DNA of 57,015 nucleotides from a virus: IMG/VR virus record IMGVR_UViG_3300046170_000256; one strand, 5' to 3'. Shown piece by piece: positions 51,677 to 57,015 of this stretch (position 1 is its first letter; each line of letters starts with the position of its first letter). The notes under the pieces were generated by a model. It saw only the letters and a program-made list of their open reading frames with translations, ran no database searches and was not told where the DNA came from. The position numbers and the translations under genes were made by a program.

Positions 51677-53089
51677 TCAAGCCGCTTGCGCGACGATGGT
51701 TTCAGTGCCTGACGTGTCGATGTCTCGCTGAATGTCAGAGCGTGGCATGCGATCCAGCACTACAACCAGATTCTCTCGCATCCCAAGATTCTCCCAGTCA
51801 AAGCTCATCATCTCGCCGTCAGTGAAGACAACAGTGAGGTCACACTCCAGACCATTCTCGTCAAGATACTCAACACCGGATGTCATGTAAGTCCCGCCGC
51901 CGTAAGGCACCTCGATGTCCGTTAGCTCAGAGCCGCTGTGCACCTCGTCAGTCTGGACTACATGTGAGCCGGTCCAGCACACCACCACCCCATCTCTGGG
52001 TTGGAGTGAGTCGATCAGCGATGCGCTCTCGGTCAAGAAGTTGTTGAGAGCCTGCTCGTTTACTGACGGTGACACATCAATCACCATGCCGATCCGACCA
52101 ATCTTGCCGATAGTTGTTGGACTGATCACGCCCAGCGTGGCAAACCGGCGGCGGTGAATGCGCGACCATGTGACATTGCCACCCTCGCCTGCACGATTGA
52201 ACCGATCAGCAAGCTGTGCGCGCCAGTCGGTACTGCTAGACGCAGACTCTCGGTACCGGTGCGATCCCTCTCGGATTGAGTCGCTCAGTCCAGCGACGGT
52301 GCCACCCTCCCGACCGAGTTGCTCGATACCGTCATCAACAGATGACCGGATCTCATGCTCGTCCTCAGCGGCGGCTTGAGCTTGCTCGTCCTCATCGCCT
52401 TCATACTCGGGAGTTAGATGATAGTCGTGGCCCTCTGCGTCGGGAAGCTCTGGCTCTGACTTGTCAGGAGCAGTTGATTCCCCTGAATCGTCACCATCTT
52501 GCTCTGACGCTGGCTGTGGATCTGAGTTGTCAGAGCCAGTCGAATCTCCCCAGTCATCGCCATGCAGGTCGCCATCATCATCCGGTTGATCAGAAGGGTC
52601 ACCATTCTCAGGCTTGTTTGAGTAGAGCGACAGGTAAATCGCGTCCACCAGATCGTTGCGGCCATACTCTACGGAGTAGCATCCGTTAGGCACTGGCTCC
52701 AGACCCATAGCATCACAGTCTGAATTGATCATATAGTCAGCCGCTTTGTTGTAGAGGCGGTGATCAAATGAAACGTCAGCCGTGAACCAGCCGCGATCAG
52801 AGAATGCCTTACTGCGCTGGGGGTGGCGCAGGATGATGTGCGATACCTCATGTGCGAGCAGGAATGCGCGCTGTGAGTCAGTCGCTAGACCACGAAAAAA
52901 CTCGGGACTAACGTAGACGTGCACCCCGTCAGTCGCGGCGGTTGGGATGGCGCTAGTCCAGATAACCTCGGTGCTTAAAAGCAAGGTGTAGTGAACGGGT
53001 GCCTTGGCTTGCAGGATGATCAGCGCCGCGATGTAGCGGCGTGATCTTGACAAGTCATCAGTAGCATCGAATAGCTTCTTGGCTCTCAT
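51677..53089 (-). CDS. Zincin-like (HExxH) domain + acidic linker + VWA domain protein (DUF2201/CobT-like)
   Basis: HEVSH (52838-52852), a roughly 95-aa D/E-rich insert, and the MIDAS-like DVSPS motif in MVIDVSPSV. Confidence 0.65.
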   Translation of the reverse strand: MRAKKLFDATDDLSRSRRYIAALIILQAKAPVHYTLLLSTEVIWTSAIPTAATDGVHVYVSPEFFRGLATDSQRAFLLAHEVSHIILRHPQRSKAFSDRGWFTADVSFDHRLYNKAADYMINSDCDAMGLEPVPNGCYSVEYGRNDLVDAIYLSLYSNKPENGDPSDQPDDDGDLHGDDWGDSTGSDNSDPQPASEQDGDDSGESTAPDKSEPELPDAEGHDYHLTPEYEGDEDEQAQAAAEDEHEIRSSVDDGIEQLGREGGTVAGLSDSIREGSHRYRESASSSTDWRAQLADRFNRAGEGGNVTWSRIHRRRFATLGVISPTTIGKIGRIGMVIDVSPSVNEQALNNFLTESASLIDSLQPRDGVVVCWTGSHVVQTDEVHSGSELTDIEVPYGGGTYMTSGVEYLDENGLECDLTVVFTDGEMMSFDWENLGMRENLVVVLDRMPRSDIQRDIDTSGTETIVAQAA

Positions 53090-54228
53090 TATTTTGCACT
53101 CCAGTTGGCTGAATCAGCGAGCGGGATTAGCTCGTGAAATTTTTGAATGAATGCGGTGGCAACGTCGGACGTTAGCACCCATCCGTTTTTAGCTGACATG
53201 CGGAGCAGTTTGGTGCCCAGCGATACCTGCAAGTCGGGACGCAGGCGGACTATATATTGCAGAGCGGCCTCGCCTAGTTCCGCAGAGTAAGCGCCGTGGA
53301 TGGCACGATTAGCGGCCAGCAGTTGGTAACCGGTGGCGTCGGGCACCTTGGCCTCTAGCGGGGAGGCATAAATATCCTCGGATACGGGAACCTCATCCGC
53401 CATCGCAATGTGGCGGGACATCATACCGGCGGCTCGCACCCCGACACTGGAGGCAATCAGCGCCTCCATATATGATGGTATATAAACGCCATCAAACTCA
53501 TCGGTCTGCATGAAGGCAGTGAGATCAGCGGCGGCATGCACCAGTGATCGAGGCGTACAGAATGGACCGTCCTCAGTTGGCACAGCGTCAGCAAAGAAGC
53601 CCTCGCCGTGATAGGTCACCGCACAGTCAATTGCCAGCGGGTTCACATCGTTGACGTTTGCCCAGTCAGCCCACTGATTGATGTTGAATTCCAGCTCGAA
53701 CGACCGGACCCGATTGAGCAGGTGCGAGAGCAGTCGGCTTGCTCCAGACTTGTCAGCGGCACGATTACCCGTAGCCGCAACAATCCAGCCGTCAGGAATC
53801 TTGACACCGGCAAGCGTTCGCTCGTCAGGGTCCAGCACGTCGGCCAGCACCTTCTGAACATCGGCAGGTGCTTGTAATAACTCATCGAATAAGATGATGC
53901 CATGCTCCAGACCAGTCTCTTGGATCTTGGTGATCAGCGGCGGGGTAGTGAATTTGGTCAGCACCTCGCCCTTGTCATTCTTGATAGGCAATGCCACCCC
54001 AGCGATCTCAGCAGAGTCACGGTTAGCCACTCGCTCTTGAATCAATCCAACCCGATCAACCGAAAGGCCAAGGTGCTCGGCGTACATCGAGTGATAGGTG
54101 TTTTTGATCCACTGAGTTTTAGCGATGCCCACCATACCGATCAGCACCAATGGTTTTTTCATTGGGTTGCTGAACATAGTGCGAGCCATTTGCTCCAGAA
54201 GAGCGATGTTAGTTTTGATATGTGCCAT
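53089..54228 (-). CDS. MoxR/CobS-like AAA+ ATPase
   Basis: Walker A-like GMVGIAKT (Ala replaces the second Gly), Walker B GIILFDELL, sensor-1 IVAATGN. Coupled to the VWA gene. Confidence 0.65.
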   Translation of the reverse strand: MAHIKTNIALLEQMARTMFSNPMKKPLVLIGMVGIAKTQWIKNTYHSMYAEHLGLSVDRVGLIQERVANRDSAEIAGVALPIKNDKGEVLTKFTTPPLITKIQETGLEHGIILFDELLQAPADVQKVLADVLDPDERTLAGVKIPDGWIVAATGNRAADKSGASRLLSHLLNRVRSFELEFNINQWADWANVNDVNPLAIDCAVTYHGEGFFADAVPTEDGPFCTPRSLVHAAADLTAFMQTDEFDGVYIPSYMEALIASSVGVRAAGMMSRHIAMADEVPVSEDIYASPLEAKVPDATGYQLLAANRAIHGAYSAELGEAALQYIVRLRPDLQVSLGTKLLRMSAKNGWVLTSDVATAFIQKFHELIPLADSANWSAK

Positions 54229-54250
54229 GTGAATTTCTCCCTAGAAATTA

Positions 54251-55228
54251 TTAGTCGATCAGGTCAGCGAGTAATGAGTCGCCAGTGATCACGGTAGATG
54301 CGGCAGGTGCCACGGTTTTAGCAGTTGAAGGTGCCTTGGCAACATCGCCAAGCGTTTTATGTGCGGTCTTGGCGGCGCGGATCGCGGTCGCCCGGAGCGT
54401 GTCGCTATTCTTAACTCGTTCGATGTTACCGATAGAGCCAATCTGCTCATCAATCAGGTCAGCGATCTGCAACACTCTGGGATCGTTGTCATATCCCTGC
54501 ACCATGCCGCGCAGTAACGATGCGTGGCGTTTGGAATTGTCGATCAACGATTGATGCAGGCGCTTGCCCTCAGTCAGTTGCTTTTCTACGTTGCCCATGT
54601 GATCCCGCGCCCCGTCGATAGCGGCGTCCTTAGCGCCTTCCAGTTGGGTCGATAGTGCGGCCTCGTGACGTGCGGCAATGTCAGCGGCTAGTCCGGCGGG
54701 CAGGTTTAGTCCTGACATGTCACAAACAGGGATCGGCTGTGGCGGGGTCAGCGATGCGGCAAACATCCCGCGCACCTCGTCGCACGTTGGGTAGGATACC
54801 TCGCGCTTCCATTCGCCCATATCGAAACGCAGGGCCAGATCCCTCAGCCGATCATACTCGGGCAGGAATGCGTCCAGCGCGTCATACGCCTCCGACTTCA
54901 ATTCACCCAGCTTGCTGAGCACCTCGGGGACATTGGCGACCGCAACCAGCCGGTCACCTCGACGTTGCTGACCCTCGCCTGCGTCGGAAAATGGCAGGGT
55001 GTTCTCGTAGAGGTAGGTACGGATGGCGGCAAACTTGGCTGACACCTGTTTGAGATCAGCATGGTGCGATCCCAACAGATTGACGTAGCCACGAAAAGCC
55101 TCGGGGTTTGCATTGGCTTGCTCTGCGGCCTTGGCTGATCCCTGTTTAAGTTGCTGAACACCAGACCAGCGGCGCACCGTGACCTGTACCAGCATGAAAT
55201 TGTTTGAAGCGGTCTCAATAAAACTCAT
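54251..55228 (-). CDS. Hypothetical helical protein (DUF3150-like by size and context, unverified)
   Basis: 325-aa ORF, first large gene of the cassette. Confidence 0.4.
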   Translation of the reverse strand: MSFIETASNNFMLVQVTVRRWSGVQQLKQGSAKAAEQANANPEAFRGYVNLLGSHHADLKQVSAKFAAIRTYLYENTLPFSDAGEGQQRRGDRLVAVANVPEVLSKLGELKSEAYDALDAFLPEYDRLRDLALRFDMGEWKREVSYPTCDEVRGMFAASLTPPQPIPVCDMSGLNLPAGLAADIAARHEAALSTQLEGAKDAAIDGARDHMGNVEKQLTEGKRLHQSLIDNSKRHASLLRGMVQGYDNDPRVLQIADLIDEQIGSIGNIERVKNSDTLRATAIRAAKTAHKTLGDVAKAPSTAKTVAPAASTVITGDSLLADLID

Positions 55229-55527
55229 TAGATAGTCTCCCCATTAAGTAAAACTTCACCCTTTCGAGTGCATACATCCACGCCTAGAGCGCGGAGCCGT
55301 GACATTGTTGTGCGTGTTGGATAGTCGGCCAGCGTTCTGGTGTTGACCTCGACCGTCCATTTATCTCGACCGTGACAAGCGCCCCAGACTGTGGCGATGT
55401 GATTGCCATGCAAGTAGACGCCTACCTTCGCATCCGCGCCGTAGATTTTTTTGGTGCTGGTGTTTGCTCCTGACCAGTCACGCCCAAGCATGACGGCGGA
55501 ATTCATATTCATCTCAATCTTTCGCAT
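55228..55527 (-). CDS. Hypothetical small protein, first gene of the leftward early operon
   Basis: ATG 55527 with AGGGAG 8 nt upstream (the listed ORF starts at GTG 55536). Confidence 0.5.
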   Translation of the reverse strand: MRKIEMNMNSAVMLGRDWSGANTSTKKIYGADAKVGVYLHGNHIATVWGACHGRDKWTVEVNTRTLADYPTRTTMSRLRALGVDVCTRKGEVLLNGETI

Positions 55528-55550
55528 TTGATTCACTCCCTAGTGAATAG

Positions 55551-55585
55551 GTTGGTATTGAGCAGAGTGCTCAGGCATACCCAAC
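55551..55585 (-). promoter_or_regulatory. Stable leader stem-loop (8+6 bp, 3-nt loop)
   Basis: GTTGGTAT-TGAGCA-gag-TGCTCA-ggc-ATACCCAAC. A TTCACTcccTAGTGAA palindrome over the SD lies at 55532-55547. Confidence 0.5.
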
Positions 55586-55827
55586 GCAGTGCGCGGTGGG
55601 CATGGTGAAAACTCTGGTGTTCCACTACAGCCACTTCCTACCTGCTCCCGCTGTACACGTTTTATTGCTTCCTGCAATCCAACATCGTTATGCACTGCCC
55701 TTTGCATGGAAGAGGGGGTCTCGGTGCTCTAGTGGATTAGTCAACACGGGGGTGGTGGGGGAATAGCTGTCGTAACAATGCGGGGATAGTGTCACGCCTA
55801 TCTTTCACTGCTCTCGCCGTCGCCTCG

Positions 55828-55841
55828 CCCTATGGGGGTCT
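55828..55841. repeat. 14-mer CCCTATGGGGGTCT, copy 1 (CAGTGCCG follows at 55867)
   Basis: Exact repeat of 55996-56009. Confidence 0.8.
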
Positions 55842-55995
55842 CTGGATCTGTTTGGGTCATTGAGTACAGTGCCGCTTTTTTGCTCAGGACGGGGAGGCTT
55901 GAATCACCCCGACATGCTGGCCGCTCAGGTTGGGAAGGGTTGAGACCCTGCACCCGTATCGTGGGTCGTATCCGGTCGGTTTGAGTGGCGCCTAT

Positions 55996-56009
55996 CCCTA
56001 TGGGGGTCT
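55996..56009. repeat. 14-mer CCCTATGGGGGTCT, copy 2 (CAGTGCCG follows at 56019), enclosed by a GCGCC/GGCGC stem
   Basis: Exact repeat of 55828-55841. Confidence 0.8.
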
Positions 56010-56034
56010 GGGGCGCATCAGTGCCGACAGGTGG

Positions 56035-56064
56035 ATTATAAGCACCCATTAGTCCTATGTGCAA
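56035..56064 (-). promoter_or_regulatory. Candidate sigma70-type leftward promoter
   Basis: Minus strand has TTGCAC (56064-56059), an 18-nt spacer, then a perfect TATAAT (56040-56035). Confidence 0.3.
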
Positions 56065-56300
56065 CAAGTCATCAATAAAAGATTGTGATAAATCACCATC
56101 CGTTTGCTTGTACTATCTATAGCAAAAAAAACTCCCGTCACGCTGTCGGAATGAACTAAATGCAAATACTTCTTGACATTAACAAGTTGCCACTAGGAAG
56201 CCCTGTACGGCTCTATGGGACAAGTTATGAGTAGAGGATGAATCATCAAGGGTAGGTGCTTAAAATCGCTCACAGGGCTTTTCCGTTACAAATCAATAGC

Positions 56301-56328
56301 TTGCGTACTGTATGAACCACTGTATAAA
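56301..56328 (+). promoter_or_regulatory. Weak candidate rightward promoter overlapped by ACTGTAT repeats
   Basis: TTGCGT, a 16-nt spacer, then TATAAA. Confidence 0.2.
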
Positions 56329-56427
56329 CAGGCTTTCCCTATGTATATCAATGACTTACGCGGCCACTACTGTATCAATCAACAGCTTGCAGTAGCCGTT
56401 GCATTATGTTACTACCCGTTGCTGTAA

Positions 56428-56451
56428 CTATCGGTAACACTATCGGTAACA
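56428..56451 (+). repeat. Tandem 12-mer CTATCGGTAACA x2. GGTAACAC recurs a third time at 56467-56474.
   Basis: Read directly, immediately upstream of and into the terS start. Confidence 0.85.
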
Positions 56452-56476
56452 CTTTACGAGTATGGAGGTAACACCA

Positions 56477-56968
56477 ATGGGCAAGACAAGGGACGGGCTG
56501 ACACCCAAGCAAATGCACTTTTGTCGCTGTGTTGCGGCTGGTATGAGTCAAGCATCGGCGTATCGGGAGGCGTTTGACGTGACAGCGGATGGCAAGTCTG
56601 CAACGCATAGGGAAGCCGCTAGCAGGCTAATGAGCAGGGCTGACATCAAGGCAAGGGTGGACGGGCTAATAGCGCAGAGGGAGCGGTCGTTACTAGCTTC
56701 TACCCTCTCGGATAAGGAGAGAGTTCTGAGCAAGCTGAGGGCGTGGACTGAATCGGCTGAGCAGGGGGATAGCAATAAGATCAGAGCGGCTGAGTTGCTC
56801 GGGAAGTCAGTCGGCCTGTTCCGCGATGTAGTCGAGACCAGTGAGAGCAAGTCTAGCGACGAGCTGTTGTCGGATTTGGAAGCAATGCTGGAACAGGTTA
56901 GTGCTGACCAGTCAGACGCTGAGCCTTTTTCCGACGATGCGCCCGACGATCCCAGCATCCTGCACTGA
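56477..56968 (+). CDS. terS: Terminase small subunit
   Basis: LTPKQMHFCRCVAAGMSQASAYREAF...ASRLMSRADIKARV resembles the Terminase_2 type. ATG 56477 has GGAGG 8 nt upstream (the ORF opens at 56462). Confidence 0.7.
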   Translation: MGKTRDGLTPKQMHFCRCVAAGMSQASAYREAFDVTADGKSATHREAASRLMSRADIKARVDGLIAQRERSLLASTLSDKERVLSKLRAWTESAEQGDSNKIRAAELLGKSVGLFRDVVETSESKSSDELLSDLEAMLEQVSADQSDAEPFSDDAPDDPSILH

Positions 56969-57015
56969 CCCCCACCCCCCCCTGACGCTGACGGGTACCC
57001 GCGTTCTGTATACAT
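56706..57015. repeat. Right copy of exact 310-bp terminal direct repeat
   Basis: Identical to 1-310. Confidence 0.9.

Noticed and set aside
52276-52689. 137-aa plus-strand ORF opposite the VWA gene (also 52158-52379, 51915-52157)
   Set aside because: It lies antisense to the acidic-insert coding region. It is Arg/His/Ser-rich, as expected from antisense D/E codons.
55798-56067. 89-aa minus-strand ORF in the long control region
   Set aside because: It has a TTG start. The internal ATG (56049) sits between the -35 and -10 of the best leftward promoter. The product is a P/G/T-rich low-complexity sequence whose only 'motif' (TPIG) merely translates the 14-mer DNA repeat. It is kept as an open alternative in the finding on 55528-56476.
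56174-56179. Perfect TTGACA hexamer as a rightward promoter -35
   Set aside because: No acceptable -10 lies 16-19 nt downstream (GGAAGC or CACTAG). It is noted only because TTAACAAGT follows it.
56370-56385. CTGT-N8-ACAG (gammaproteobacterial LexA/SOS-box core)
   Set aside because: About one such 16-mer is expected by chance in 57 kb. The phage shows no lysogeny genes. The other host hints point to alphaproteobacteria, whose LexA box is a GTTC/GAAC direct repeat. The left half is simply one of several ACTGTAT repeat units.
55537-56461. tRNA or other canonical RNA gene in the large gaps (also 264-665)
   Set aside because: I found no T-arm/T-loop (GTTCRANYC-type) or cloverleaf-compatible stems on either strand by eye. 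GGGGAGGCTTGAATCACCCC (55891-55910) has a 12-nt loop and no acceptor pairing. A tRNAscan or Rfam run would be the decisive check.

Overview
The window is one complete, gene-dense tailed-phage genome. The unique sequence is about 56.7 kb, bounded by an exact 310-bp direct repeat (1-310 = 56706-57015). Layout: terS (56477-56968) runs across the repeat into a roughly 40-kb rightward late operon (666-40901). That operon holds a prion-like low-complexity protein, terL, an Asp/Asn beta-hydroxylase-like gene, portal, a GroES-like gene, scaffold, capsid, a run of tiny lysine-rich proteins, adaptor/tail/fibre genes, a small accessory island with a lipoprotein, holin plus M15 endolysin, internal-virion proteins including a 2561-aa polyvalent giant, and an HTH-fused metallophosphoesterase. 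Next is a leftward block (40895-45992) with two dioxygenase-like genes and a recombination set: NinB-like, YbcO-like, SSB-like, Rad52-like annealase and Cas4-like nuclease. A rightward block (46170-49161) carries RusA and a primase-helicase. A leftward early block (49251-55527) carries small regulators and a four-gene AAA+/VWA cassette. A roughly 0.95-kb repeat-rich non-coding control region (55528-56476) closes the circle. I recognised no tRNA, rRNA, CRISPR array, integrase, repressor, DNA polymerase or RNA polymerase. The most unusual items are: the early MoxR/CobS-like AAA+ plus zincin-VWA cassette with a ~95-aa acidic insert; the giant virion protein with a diphtheria-toxin-type ART-like motif set; two structural gene pairs joined by a +1 frame change at a shared AGG-CGN-stop context; a FUS-like low-complexity protein between terS and terL; recurrent CTAGGACTGTC-type motifs clustered beside the primase-helicase gene; and the long structured non-coding region. 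All functional calls come from motif reading by eye, with no database search. Weak host hints (GTA-type 3TM holin, GcrA/Myb-like HTH) point to a marine alphaproteobacterium, but this is inference only.
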